From the NCBI GenBank assembly GCA_973895155.1, contig OZ316899.1, positions 14,387,934 to 14,451,933 on the forward strand: a DNA stretch of 64,000 nucleotides, read 5' to 3'. A program made the position numbers and the translations under genes. The stretch comes from Marsupella aquatica. Taxonomy: Eukaryota > Plantae > Marchantiophyta. Of the stretch, positions 48,153 through 61,677 are shown piece by piece. The notes beneath the pieces are model-generated. The model was not told where the DNA came from. It worked only from the letters and a program-made list of their open reading frames with translations, and did no database searches. Each line of letters opens with the position of its first letter. Positions within the stretch are counted from its first letter, which is position 1.

Positions 48153-51100
48153 AATGCGTATGTTCAACCAGATGTGGGGGTATTATCACGAGCAATGCGG
48201 CAACACCTTGTCGAGGCCATGGAAGATTGGCGTAGGGCTCAAGCTCCAGCGAATGAAGATATCCCTCCTGAGCAAGTATCTAATGCCACCAATGTCAGAC
48301 TTGAGGATGAGAGGGCCATGGATGATCTCATGCACCAGTTCTATGACGTAGAGGATGGTGACCATGGTATGGGTGATGCATTTGACACCACAACACATGC
48401 TCATCATGACATTCCTTCACGAGGTTCTCACTCTAGACAATGGGAGGAAGCTTGTGACCATGCACAAACAAGGATTTTTGAGGGGTCACAGCTGTCTCGA
48501 CTATCAGGAATAATGTTATTGTTGAACTTGCAACAAAGACATGGTGCAAGCAATCTCCTTCTTGATGATCTTTTCAGGACTTTGCATAGTCGGATTTTGC
48601 CAGAAGGGAACTGCTTGCCTAGTTCCTGGAAAGCAACAAAAAAGGTGTTGAAATCCATAGGTCTCAAATACAAAGTCATACATGCTTGTGTGAATGATTG
48701 TGTTCTCTTTAGGGGGGAACACAAAGATGCCACTACATGTCCTACATGTGACCAACCGAGGTATCGAGAGGACATGCTCATTGGAAAAGTAGCACAGAAG
48801 GTCATGAGGTATTTTCCTCTTATCCCTAGATTACGGTACCAATACCGATGTGCGGAGTTGGTTGAGTATATGGTGTGGCATTCCAAGAACCGGTCAGATA
48901 TGACTTCAGATCTGCCCACCATGCGTATGATGGTGGACTCACCTGCCAATAGGTTTGTGGAGGACCGATGGGGTGACTTCAAGACAGATCCACGTCATGT
49001 ACGTCTAGGTTTGGCATCAGATGGGATCAGCCCCTTTGCATTGGCAGGGAAGGCCCAACCATACTCAGTTTGGCCAGTAGTCCTTACAAATTATAACATC
49101 CCTCCATGGATGGCCATGAAGAAGGGTCATTTGCTGCTCTCAATGATTATCCCAGGCCCCAAGCAAGTAAAAAAGATTGATGTTTACTTGCAACCATTGT
49201 TGGAGGAGCTTCAACAACTATGGAGAGGAGTGGATTGCTATGATGGTCGAGTGCTTACGGGTGGTTTATCTCGTGAATTTAAATTGAAAGCCGTCTGTAT
49301 GTGGACCATACACGATCTTCCGGGTATGTGGAAATATATCTCACCCCATATAAATTATGCATGGTTTGTTATTTCTAGATAATATACCTCACCCCATATT
49401 AATTATGCCTTGGTTTATCATATATTGGACCCCTGGCCATTGTTTAATGTATGTAGTGGGTGTGAACATTGTAGGGTTTGGATATATCTATGGGTTGCAG
49501 GTCTCGGGATACCAAGCTTGCCCAACTTGTGGGCCCGATTTGGAGGGAGTGGCGCGCCCAAAGTCTACCACCCTACGGAAGATAGTTTACATTGGTCACA
49601 CAAAGTATCTCCCCCCAGAGCATGAATGGAGGCGTGACCCATTCTTATACAACACAGATGATGGCCAACCAGACACACGCCCTCAACCAATGCCAAGGGA
49701 TCCACGTTATTGGAAAGATGTATGGGATAGAGTGACAGACCCGGATGATCCATTATAGTTGGCCCGGTGTGGCATGACTCGATTGTCTGCATTAATGTCA
49801 AAGCTGCCATATTGGGTTGAGATGTCAATTAACCATTTGTTTGGCCCTATGCACATTGAGGGGAATGTTGGGAGGTCATTGATTCGCCATCTATATGGAG
49901 AGAAAGACAACAACTGGAGAGAGAGTTGTGAGGAGATGGGGATGCATGGCCCTCATGGGTTTTGGCCATCTATGGATCCTCCTAATGCCCCCCTTACTAT
50001 TCACCCTCCTTGGGTATTGACCAGAGGTGAGCAAACTGAGTTTTGCAAATGTATAGGGTCAATGAGGTTTCCCACAGGTTATGGTGCCAATCTTCGTAAG
50101 GCATTTGGGGGTGATGATTCTCCAAAATGGCCATCTTACCTGAATACACATGATTTTCATCGGTTACTCGAACATGTCATTCCAGTTGCGATTATTGGAT
50201 TGGGTAGTGAGGATCTTCGAGATGCCCTGTGGTCATTAGGTAAGCTCTTCAGGTGGCTGTGTCAGAAAGAGGCGAATGAGGATGAGATTGCAGCGATGGA
50301 CCTTTTTGGAGTGGAGGTATTGTGCAAGTTGGAGAGGGCACTCCCTCCTTCATTCTTTGATGGTCAAGTTCACTTCCTCCTCCACCTAGTGCGTGAGGTT
50401 GCGATTGCAGGGCCGGTACATTGTCGTTGGATGTACTGGGTAGAGCGGTATATGGGAGTGATGAAGTCATATGTGTCAAATCGTGCGAGAGTGGAAGGTA
50501 GCATTGCTGAGCGTCATCTTGGAGCAGAGAGCATGTTTTATTGTACAAACATTGTAGCTACACTTGATCCCAGAGCTCCAAGGGGCTGGATAGACGAGGC
50601 ATCAAGGGAAGCAGACTTTGAGGATGACCGTCTCACAGGGGCAAAGGGAGAACGACTTATGGGCTCAACTGAGCGTCTTCAACTTACTACATTTATGTTG
50701 TATAACTTGCCTGAGATTGTGGGAGATTGGACAACTTTTTATGAGGAGGAAAAGGCAAATAGTCGTCGGCCACGCAACTTCCCCAAGTTTGTCCCATACA
50801 TGAGGGCAAAGTTGACAGAGATCGATGCCTTGTTGGAGCAAGGGGAGAGTGTGTCAGACTTCCCTTTGGTTAGAGACGGTCTTCGCACCTTGGTTCATGG
50901 ACCATTACTTACGGTGACAACTCGGACAGCCATGTGGTCAAAGGGAAGACATTTCCGTGTGCAACAACTTGATGACAAGAGGGCAGCTACACAAGATTGT
51001 GGGGTCATGGGTTGGTTCACCCAAGATTCACAAAGTAGCATATCTGATAGGAATCCAATACGCTCTATGGTGGCCCACTACGGAAAGATTGAAGAGATAT

Positions 51101-51432
51101 TGAGTGTGAAGTACCATGCGCACACCACTTTGGAGGAGGTGGTGTTGAAGTGCAAATGGTTTCGGATGAAACTTGTTGGCCAAAACCGAACTTGCAAAGA
51201 AGATGCTTGTGGGTTCACACGGTTGAAGACAGGTGCAAATAGTGTCATTAGCTCAACTTGGAGAACCTCTGATCCATTTGCATTCCCCCATCATCTTGAG
51301 CAGGCCTTCTATCTTCCCTATCCCGATGATCCTGAGTGGTCCATTGTCATGAGTTATATTCCACGATCACGATCCATAGTCCAGGAGCGACCCAATGTAG
51401 TTGTAGTTGAAGATTTGGACCCCGAGCCTTGA
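48153..51432 (+). pseudogene. En/Spm TnpD/Tnp2 transposase (Transposase_21, DUF4218 and DUF4216-like); exons 48153-49323 and 49475-51432, first exon probably 46538-46783
   Basis: IHACVNDCVLF, YFPLIPRL, LGLASDGISPF, YSVWPV, DVYLQPLLEEL, HDLPG|FG...ACPTC, MHIEGN, THDFH, GPVHCRWMYWVERYM; single in-frame TAG at 49756. Confidence 0.93.
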
Positions 51433-51589
51433 GGTCCTTGCTAGTGTACCTTGGGACCAATCAGATAGAACCACCTCTGAATGTTTACTTTTATCGGCAT
51501 TATATATGATTGTTTTATTTCATGTACCCTCTCCTATGAGAGTGACCACATTTCTTAATAAACTTATGAATGTTGGTTTTCCCACACTC

Positions 51590-51890
51590 TGTCCGATGTA
51601 GTGACCAACGGAAAGTACTCGGAAACATAGTGCCTTACAATTGTGGCAATATCCGATTCAATCTGCATCGGACCCCTCATGAAAGTTGTCGGAGACATTT
51701 CCGATACTCTCCGCATCGGAACACTTCCGATGCCAAAACTAACGGAAATAGGGACCGATGGCTTTTGTATCGGGCAAATAATATGCGATGTACAAATAAT
51801 GGCAAATTGTGTAAGGTAAAATATCGGAACCGTGCGACGGTATTAGTATCGGAAGAGTGATGAGGCGCGATATCGAAGCATCGGAAAAAC
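51590..51890. repeat. Right subterminal ATCGGA/TCCGAT motif array
   Basis: Same motif as the left end, adjacent to the right TIR. Confidence 0.8.
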
Positions 51891-51911
51891 GCTGAAAATG
51901 TACTAGTGTAA

Positions 51912-54855
51912 CTTGTGTTTGTAACGGTGATCCAGAATTGCCTCCACCTCAAACTCCTCAGTGTCCTCCATCAGCATGGCGTCCGGATGCAAGACCTTAT
52001 CCCGGTTGGGATCATAGTCTTTGACAAATTTCTTGAGCCGCTAACATGGTAGCTTTTGCCTACGCCCATTTTCTTGGGTGCCTCCAACACCACCAAAACT
52101 GAATTATCCTTGTGGGCCCATCGTATGATGCAACAGGGCCCCGCATATCTAGGAGCCAGCTTCCTACTTATGTTCCCGTGGTATTTCTCAGGCCTCAACA
52201 GCAACCAAACGCTCTCCCCAATTTCAAAGCTTACCTGGCGTTGATGTTTGTCCCCTTGCTCCTTGTACCAAATTTGGGCAAGGGTCATACCCTTGGTAGC
52301 CGCTTCCACAACTAGGCGTCGCTCTCAAATAAAATTGTTTGTAGAAGGAACCTTGCTATCCGTACGCCAAGCTTCCGGATTTATGAACCAAGAGGGCGCC
52401 CTTGGCGTCCTCTATGTGGCCAACACAAACGACGCAAACCCGTTGCCGAATGCTTGGTCGAGTTAAACCTAAACTCGGCCATTGTTAAGTGCTTTGCCTA
52501 ATCCTTTTGATTGGCCGTCACAAAGTGACGCAAGTAGTCCTCCACGATACCATTCACCCATTCCGTTTGGCCATCCGTCTCATGATGATATGAGGATCCT
52601 CTGGTAAGGTCTATTCCGGGTAACCGGAACAACGCCTTCTAGAAATGGCCCATGAACTTGGTATCATGATCGGACAGGATATGCAACGGCAATCCCCATT
52701 GTTGCAAGACATTGTCAAACACTAGACCGACAACCTCTCGGGCCAAAAGCATTTTTGTAGTTGGCAAGAACTATGTCATCTTGGAAAAACAATCAACGAT
52801 TGTTAAGATGGAGTTACTGTCGTGTGACTCAGGTAACCCCACAATGAAGTCCATGGAGAGGACTCCCATGGAGCCGCGGCAACTGGTAAGGGTTGCATAA
52901 GTCCTCCTTTTGCCCTATAGATCGTTTGGTTCTTTTGGCATGAGTAATAACTTTGCACGTGGAAAAGAACCGATTGCTTCATGTCCGACCAATACACATC
53001 TCGTGACATACTGTGATACGTAGCAGCTTGTTCGCCATGCCCTCCCCAGGGCGAGTTGTGGTACTTTTGCAGAACTTCTAGCCTTAGAGACTCTGGGATA
53101 TATACACGCTTTTGCTTGTATCTCCAGAACTGGACATTATGCACGATATCCAACCCCAATGAAACGTGTCTTGCCTTGCCCTGGCTACCCCCATTGCTTT
53201 GCCATTCCTTAGCTAACCTGTCATCCCTATATGCCTCGGCCAGAACCTTTGGCCACTCGGATTCAAGCATCGTGATCCCATTGACACAACAATGGTCCCT
53301 ATGCAATAACGCATCAACTGTCGTGTTTGTCTTCCTTGGAATGTGACAGACTTCAAAATCAAAGTCCGCCAAGAACATCTGCCAGCGCATTTCCTTGGGG
53401 TTTAGCCTTGGCTTAGAATTGAAGTACCCAGTTGGCGAGCTACTTGTCCACTTTGGGATCGTTCTTAAGGTAAATCTCCCACTTCTTCAATGCGTAGATC
53501 AATGCATACATTTCCCTTTCCGATGTGATCCAATGATTTTCCAACTTACATGACTCAAAGGCCACAGGATGCTCATCTTGGTGAAGACAGGCGCTAATGG
53601 TGTAATCACTTGTGTTTGTCCAAATCTCAAACGGCTTCCCATCTCAGGTAACTTTAGAACCGGCGGCGTTATCATTAGCCACTTGAGTTCTAGGAATGCT
53701 AATTTGCAATCATGTGTCCACACAAACACATTTTTTTCATTGTTAGGGCATTTAGGGGCCTTGCGATCCTTGCATAGTCTTTCATGTATCTCTGATAGAA
53801 CCCCGTAAATCCTAAGAAGGCTCTAACTTGCCTTACATTGGACGGACGCTCCTATTCTTTGATCTCCTTAAGCTTGTCTTGACTATACCCTCTGGGGTAA
53901 AGGTATGACCAAAGGACTGAATCTTGTTTATTGCAAACTTGCACTTGCTAGGTTTAGCAAAGAGACAAGCCTTACAAAGGCAAGAGAACACTTCCCTGAG
54001 CAGCTGCTCATGTTCCTCCAATGTTTTTTAGTAGATTAGGATGTCGTCAATAAAGACAACCACTCCTTGGTCCAACAATTCATGAAAGATGGTATTCATC
54101 ATCTTTAAGAATGTTGCGGTTCCATTACACAACCCGAACTACATAACCAAAAATTCATAGGATCCAAACCTTGTGCGCATCACGGTCTTATACTCATCTC
54201 CCTTAGTCATGCGGATCTGGTAATACCTAGACCGCAAGTCCACCTTTGAAAACTTCTTAGCCCCAGAGAGACAATCAAAGAGGTCATCCATGTGAGATAA
54301 CATGTACTCGTTCTTTACCATTTGCTTATTGAGGGCCCAATAATCTGCGCACAATCTCAAAGTACCATCCTTTTTGGACACAAACAGCGCGGGCGCCCCA
54401 TAAGGACTCTTACTAGGATGAATGAACCCTTTGTCGATCAACTCTTCCAAGGCGTTCTTCAACATCATTTGTTCGTTCAGGTTTAGACGATAAGGAGCTT
54501 TAGTCCGAGGAGCCGATCCCGGCTCCAACTCAACTTGGTGATCCACTTCTCTTTGCGGGGGTAAACCTTTAGGTAGCTTTTGCCAGAGCACATCATTGAA
54601 TTCCTCTGAAATTTCAGAAATTTGCAGTCAGGCCCGACCTTACTACTACTTAATCTTTGGCTGCAAAGCAGCCTCCTTAACTGGGTGGAGATGAAAGAAA
54701 AAACATTCATGTCCACCCTTGAAATCTTTCCACCATTGCTTCGCCGATACACTCGGAGACAACCACGATACTTTACTTACTTTGAGAAATCTTTCTTTAT
54801 TTTTGGTAATTTTGTGTACAACTTTTTTGGAGGCCCTTATTGGGAAATTTGGGCT
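51912..54855 (-). pseudogene. Chromovirus pol (RT, RNase H, integrase, chromodomain N-half)
   Basis: [39 protein letters not shown] (~54040), [32 protein letters not shown]. Confidence 0.92.
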
Positions 54856-55246
54856 TGTGGTGCGTCCCATGGCTCCCTAAACCCAAGAAACCCCCTTGCA
54901 CAAGCCGATTCCTGCAGGTTTTGCTCTTGGCAAGGCCGGTTCCACGGCTTAGCGACATGGGACGCTGCTAACTCTCTACTAACATTTTACACACATATAC
55001 TGGATAGATCCTTCATCGGGTCATGAGATACGTAGCCGACCTATTCTATGCCTTCCCTTGTCTTCCTTTTGTGGTCTTCCTTTAGGTATGTTTGGATTCC
55101 GCCGTCGGAATGATCCCCAACTGACTTGGATTGTGAGCTTAGCCTTGGCAGAGCAGCACCGGTTACAACTATCTATGACACCTCCACATGGATGCTCTTC
55201 CTCTCTTGGGTCCTTAGCGTTTAGAGCAGGGGGCGACAGTGCCACA
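54856..55246. mobile_element. 391-bp LTR-like unit without TSD
   Basis: TGTGG...CCACA ends; the first ~265 bp match 20179-20450; flanks are two unrelated pol genes. Confidence 0.7.
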
Positions 55247-58200
55247 ACTCGTCATCCCTGGACTTCATGGGGATTCAATGGAGAGGCCAGTGGGCTTTCT
55301 TTTTTGCAGCAGCATGGTATTGTTGCTTGTGAGGATGCAGCATAGCAACCACAGTTGGCGTTATTTGCACCTTCTGCCGAGGTTACCCTTGACAGTTGGG
55401 AGCCAACTATTGGCCCCAAGATCACTAGAGGTGAGAGACGACGTGTACAACACTTTCTACGGAGTTATGGAAGTTGTTTTGCTTTCAGCATGCAGGATTT
55501 GGGCATGTTAAAGGGACCAGGCATCCAGATAGATTTGGCAGTTGATGCGCCCATCTTTCGGAGACCATATCGGTATTCAGATATGGAGAGGGCACTGATT
55601 CAGGCAAGGTGCCAGGATTTGTTGGCAGCAGGACTTGTGGAGAAGTCATTTGGTGAGTATGCTTCTGCCACTGTGATGCCAGCAAAGAAGGATATGCATG
55701 GCAATTGGACTGACAAGAGGATGTGTGGAGACTATCGTCCAATTAATCGGCAGACTAAGTCTGACAAGTATGCCATGCCCACACCGGAGGAAATATTTGA
55801 TGCCATTGGGCATGCAAGAGTGTTTAGCACATTGGATCTCAGGGCTGGATATCACTAGCTGCCTATCAGGATTGGTGATAGGCAGAAGACAACATTCTGG
55901 GGGATTGATGCTCATGGAAAGGATGTGTTGTATCAGTGGCTATTCTTACCGTTTGGATTGGAGAATGCACCAGCTGAGTTTCAAAGGGTCATGGATCGGA
56001 TTTTGGCAAACCTGGATTTTGCCAAATATTATATCGATGATATTATTTTCTACAGTGACACTGTGGAGGAGCATGCTATACATTTGTAGTAGGTGTTTGA
56101 GCGGCTGAGAGAGCATGGATTGAAGCTGCATCCTGGCAAATGTAAGTTTTTCCATGACCAGATTGCATATTTAGGGCATACCATTTATCCAGGTGGATTG
56201 GGTGTGCAGCAGACAAAGGTGGAGGCAATTGTTGGCATCCCTCAGCCTACAGATGTGAGTAGAGTCCAAGCATTTTGGGGGCTTGCAAACTTCTATCGGA
56301 GGTATGTGAAAGGATTCAGTGCAATTGCAAAACCTTTAATGTTACTTACAAGACTGGACCATGAGTGGCAGTGGGGTGCTGACCAGGATAGAGCTTTCCA
56401 TCAGTTGAAGGAGAAGCTCACATCAGCACCCATCTTGAGGAGACCTATCAGGGGCCGTCCATTTAGGTTGCATACTGATTGGAGCATGGTGGGACTTGGA
56501 GCAGTGCTCACTCAACAGGATGATGAGGGAAGGGAGTTTGTGTAGCATATGTCTGTTGATCAAATAACACTGCAGAATCAAAGTATGGCTCCTATGAGGG
56601 AGAATGCTTGGCTGTAGTGTGGACAGTGGCTCATTTTCAATGTTACTTGTTTGGTAACCCCTTCACTCTTGTTATGGATCATCAACCACTCAAATGGTTG
56701 ATGGAGTCAGACAAGCTTACTGGTAAGCTTGCTCGTTGGGCACTCATACTTCAGGAGTATGATTTTGAGGTCTTGCATAGACCTGGTCACTTACATCAGG
56801 ATGCTGATGGATTGAGTCGCAATCCCTGCCCGAGGCAGAGGGATTTGACAGGAGCACGTTGGCATGATGAGGCAGACGAGGAGATGGTGCCAGGTTGGCA
56901 TACTTCTGCTTATTTGTGCTTGTTGCAGAGTGTGGATGGTCTTGGTGCAGTGGCATCATTGGAGAGGCTCAATGCAGACTTTGTGGATCCAAAGATTTCT
57001 AGTGAGGAGTCTATTGGACATGATATTCATGATGATGCAAATGTTGTGATGTATCTGCACACGGGTAGCATGCCAGGCATGGTAACTGCCAAGGAGAGAG
57101 ATCGGATCCTACAATGAGCTAAGAGGTTTAGATGGGAAGGATCTCACTTGTTGAGAGTTTGGGATGATGGCAGGGTGCGATTGGTACCTCCTTTATCCCA
57201 GCGTGCACAATTGGTGCAACATGCTCATAAAGAGCTTGGATATTTTGGAGTGAAGCAGACCTACAGCTTACTCCAGACCCAGTATTGGTGGCGTGGAATG
57301 CATGTTGAGGTGCAGCAGTTTGTGGCGCAGTGTACTGTGTGTGACAGAGTGAGAGCATCATTTAATGCTCCTACCCCACAGCTGCATCCCTTGCCGATCA
57401 TGGGCTTGGGATATCGTTGGAGTTTAGATTTTGCTGGACCCTTACCACTAACTAGATGTCACAACCGTTATGCCTTAGTGATGGTGGAGCACTTTTCTAA
57501 ATGGATTGAGTTGGTTGCATTGCCAGATAAAGGTAGTGAAGGAGTTGCCTATGCCTTTTTGGACCATGTATTGAGCCATTTTGGTGCTCTTGCTGAGGTT
57601 TTGACTGACCAAGGGACTGAGTTTTGTGGAGATTTTCAGGCCTTGTGTGATCAAGCATTGATTGATCACCGTACGACGTCTAGGGATCATCCACAGGCAG
57701 ATGGATTGGCAAAGAGAGTTGTCTAGATAGTAAAGAGAGGATTGCAGAAGTGTGGCTTGCAGAAGGGTCATGTGAATGATTGGGATATCCAGCTGCTCCC
57801 ATGGTTAGCGATGGGATATCGATTCAGTAGGCAAGCATCTCTTGCATCCTTTTCATCATATTTGTTGCTCTATGGTAGGGAGCCAGTGTTTCTAGCAGCT
57901 ATTCAAAGGGAGGTTGGTGAGGTGTTGCAGTTGGATGACCCTGACATGTGGATGCAAGCTTGTTCTCAACGGGCAAACTTGTTTTGAAGAGTGATGCCCA
58001 TGGCGTTTGAGAACTTAGCTATTGCGCAGCATCGGGATACTTTGAGGTATGCCACTATTCGGGGAGGAGGATATTGCCCTAGCATCAGGCAATTTCAATC
58101 TGGAGACTGTGTATCTGCAATAGACAACACCTACTACTTTGGATGTCACTGCCAAACGTACTATTCTATGAGTGCAAAAAGTTTTGCCATCAGGCATTCT
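55247..58200 (+). pseudogene. Non-chromovirus Ty3/gypsy pol fragment (RT, RNase H, integrase)
   Basis: KRMCGDYRPIN, TLDLRAGYH, PFGLENAP, YIDD (56030), LHTDWS, DHQPLKWL, WSLDFAGP, LTDQGTEF, HPQADGLA. Confidence 0.92.
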
Positions 58201-59142
58201 GGTTTTAGGCCAAAAGCAAGCTAGAGGGGGTCTAATTTGAGCAAAATAATACCCCTCCTAATACCACCCCTACCACAAAGCTCATAGTACAGTTAGTACT
58301 ATAAGTCATGTAATGATGAGGGAGGAGGTTGTTGCAAGTAGAATCACGTTGGAGGGAGGAAGGGCCGAAAAGACATTACTACCGTAACCTCCTATCATTT
58401 CAAAATTAGAAAGGTCAGCAAATCCGGACCGTGCCGTGGTGGCAATGAAGATCAATGGTGGTGGTTGAGGGAGTAGCATTGTTGGATCTTGACCCTTCCT
58501 GCTAGAAGGATGATCCAAACCGTAGCATTGCCTGCAATCAAGGAAGACCTGGGTGCAAAGTGCGCACTTCCTTTCTATTTCCTTTTTGTTGCGTTGAATC
58601 AACTTTCACGATGCGTACTCCAGTTTGAATGTTGCGCAATGTGCTAGTTGGAGAAGACCGCAACATTGTGATCCTTGATTAGGTAGCAGGGGAGGGAATG
58701 CAGGAGGGAATGACATTGCATTTTGGCGCAGGAAGTTGCTTTTAGTCGAGGGCTGCAAGCATTTGAATCTCTGGAACTTTTTGCAATCTCGTTTGCGTTG
58801 TGGAGATTGAAGAGTTACAGGAACTGAGCTACAATTTTGAAAGTTGAGGACACTCGGAAAGTTGCTCTGATTGTTTTCTTCCCCACTTGTTTAATATTGA
58901 ATGTCTTCTATGATCTAGGCCACGCATTAGGCACACATTCAATCTTTTCAAATAAGATGACATTGAACTCACATTCTTGTGTTGTAATTCAGGCGCAAGG
59001 CACTGGAAGGGACGAGTCAGACTCTGGAGTAACGTGCTTTCAAGGGACTCGGGCGGAGTCGCATAGCGCAGGTTTGCACCCAAATAGTTTGTTGCCAACG
59101 CTTGGAGCGAGCAGCTGGGAGAACTCAAGCTACACAGCAGGT

Positions 59143-61677
59143 ATGTCTTCTGAAATGCCTAAAAAGTCCACGAGTCACTAGCTACCACCGAAATCACACG
59201 GTGAGAGTCTTGTAAAGGTCCCCTCATTAGAAGAGTGGACAGTTGATGCGTTTGTGAAGGACATCGATCATTTCCACAATGTCCTTGGCTTGCCCAATGT
59301 GGGAAGCATTCCGAAGGAGCTCACAAGTGAAGATGTGTCTGCTGAGGTGTTGGAGGAGTATTTTGGGAACAAGTCTGGGAAGAACGGCTACAAGAAGGAT
59401 GGCGTTAAGGGGATTCCTGCCGACGACATCGCCATGCTTACCTGTGCGTTGGACGGAATCGGAAAGTTTCAACCATACACTGTGGAGGTTGCCAAAGGTT
59501 TGTACTATGAGCGGATCTTAAAAAGACCTGTGAATTGGGCAGCTTGTGGTGCAGACAAGCATAGAGGGCAGCTTTGGTTGAGGTTTGTAAGGAAGTCTCC
59601 AATCGATAGAAACTCGCCACCGTGGAAGAGGATTGAGACAAAGTATATCCCTCCTCTAGACCTCTTCAATAGAATACAGTCCGTTGCGAGTGGAGCACAT
59701 TGTGAATCACCTGGGGAGGAGAAACCGGCAAACCTAGAGCTCAAGTCACCCGAAGCCTCGGGTCCTCATTCGAGCAGTCAAAACTTCCCGCAAAACATGA
59801 ACCAATTGCAGCAAGATACAATATCTCCAGGTACGGTGTTAGGACTAGAGGCAAATGAGCAAGAGCAAGGTGAGTCCCTTTCTCAGGTAGGTGGTCCGAA
59901 TCATGAAATGTCACCAGAAAATAGTTTCATAGGTTTTCCAGAAGCTCAAACCAAAAAACTTTGCACTGGAGTCACTACTGGCACGCCAGTTCCACACCAG
60001 AAGAATACACTTCTTGAAAAAATGTTGGAGGTAGTGGAGGCTACTCTTGCAGAGCTTGGCCCTGAAATGCAGAAGTCTACACAAGATGCCATTCAATTCA
60101 CAGCAGCTCAGAATGAGGCTACTGATCGAATCAACTCAATTCAAACGACATTGTCAAGGTTGAAAGTGCAAAAGAATGAACTCACTGATATCATCCACGA
60201 CGTACAGCGATGCATCCATGCTCAGGTCAAAGAGCAAGCTCAAGTATCTGAGGATCTTGAACTGCTGCAAGATCCTGACGAAGAGCATTCTGAAGGCGAG
60301 GTCAATGATCTCATTTTGTTTAAAGCTACATTTGTTTTCATATTATCTTTGTTGAATGTGATTTTCAGTTGCTTATAACAATCCTGTTGTGTTGGCCGGG
60401 ACTTGTGCAAGCACTTTGCAAAGGGTTGCGAGAAAAATATATCTCGTGTTGCAATGAAACAAATATACTGCAAGCAAACTTGGCTGCTTCAAAGCAGAAG
60501 CGCATTGATGTAGTCGCAGATGCTCAAGTTCTTATGAAAGAGTTGAATAAGTTGGATGAGGAACAGGAGTATGGGAAACAGACCTTGCACAAGCTAGATC
60601 ATACAGCATACAAATTGACAAAGTCCTATGATGCTCTCAATCTAGAGTGCGCAAGACTAAAGGAGCACTTGAATACCTCTCATGCAATTTATGTATGCCC
60701 TATTAGTATCATTCGTCCTGCGCAGACAAAGGAGGCTTATTTTCCCATAAGCGAATGCCCTGTTTGCTCTCTTGGCTTCTTTTGTAACAATTGGATTCCC
60801 ACATCGTGTGGACATTGCTATCATCCAAGTTGTTTGTTCCCGTTGCTTCGAAACCTCCTAAGTGTTTAGCCTGTGCTGAAGTGTTTCATCCAGCCTGGCT
60901 GAAGTGCTGGGGTTCATCCCGAGTGGACCATCCAGATGTAGTGAAGCTAGCAGATGATTGGGGTTTGGAAGAACAATCTATCTCTTTTCAAAAGAGCCTT
61001 AGTGATCTGTATTGCAAGAATGCCTTGAATTTAAAGGGAAGGAGGGAGAATCAAGCCTTGAAGCATAAGAAAGTGACCAAGTTATATTCAAAGGTATATC
61101 ACTAAACCTGGTCATTTGAGTTGTTGGCATAGTATGATCTGGCTTTGTCGTACATTGGTATTAGCGGGGATATTGGTCAATTGCTAATTGTGGGATATTG
61201 TTTTGCGCTGCAGGAAAGTGTGAAGAAGTCTATCGAATATCATGAGGCTGTTGGTAAAGCTGCACATGTACACCATGAGTTGTTGAGGGTCTCAAAAGTT
61301 GACATCAAGTTAGTTCCTACTCTAGTTCAAACGCAGACTTCAGCCCCGGAGTCCAAGGTGAGGTGAATCTCTCAATTGTGAAGGTCAAAAAGGGTGCTGC
61401 TCCAGAACCTGGTTCGATCACTCAGGTGGAGAATGTCTCTAATGACTCTGAGCCTGGCTCTGAGTCTTGTAAGGGGAGTAGCAAAAAGCGAAAGGCCGAG
61501 GAGAAGAATGGCACAAGCTCCTCTCAAGCTAAGGGGAAGTTAAGGGGTGCTGCTATCAGTCTAGGATTGGATCCTGCTCATGACAAGGGTGGTAATGTTG
61601 CCTTAAAGTCAGTTGAAAAGGTTAAACCACCTGTCAAAGGACGAGGAAGAGGTCGTGGATCAGCTAGGAAATTGTAA
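59143..61677 (+). pseudogene. Accessory-type gene: plant-transposon-like domain, coiled coil, RING finger, basic tail (probably spliced)
   Basis: EWTVDAF...VLGLP...YFGNKSGKNGY...PVNWA; heptad region; CPVC-x12-CGHCYHPSC...CLAC across a frameshift; C-terminal KGRGRGRG. Confidence 0.55.

Larger units (their letters stand above)
36625..51908 (+). mobile_element. Complete CACTA/En-Spm DNA transposon (15,284 bp including the nested copia)
   Basis: Perfect 14-bp TIR CACTAGTACATTTT; 3-bp TSD TAA (36622-36624 and 51909-51911); TCGGA/TCCGA subterminal repeats; Tnp2 transposase; flanks rejoin in frame. Confidence 0.97.

Noticed and set aside
49336-49416. Short direct repeat in the transposase gene
   Set aside because: A ~47-bp-period duplication confined to an intron, with no evident consequence.
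58215-58260. Helitron 3' end (CTAG plus hairpin)
   Set aside because: CTAG is present but the A|T target context and a compact GC-rich hairpin are not convincing.
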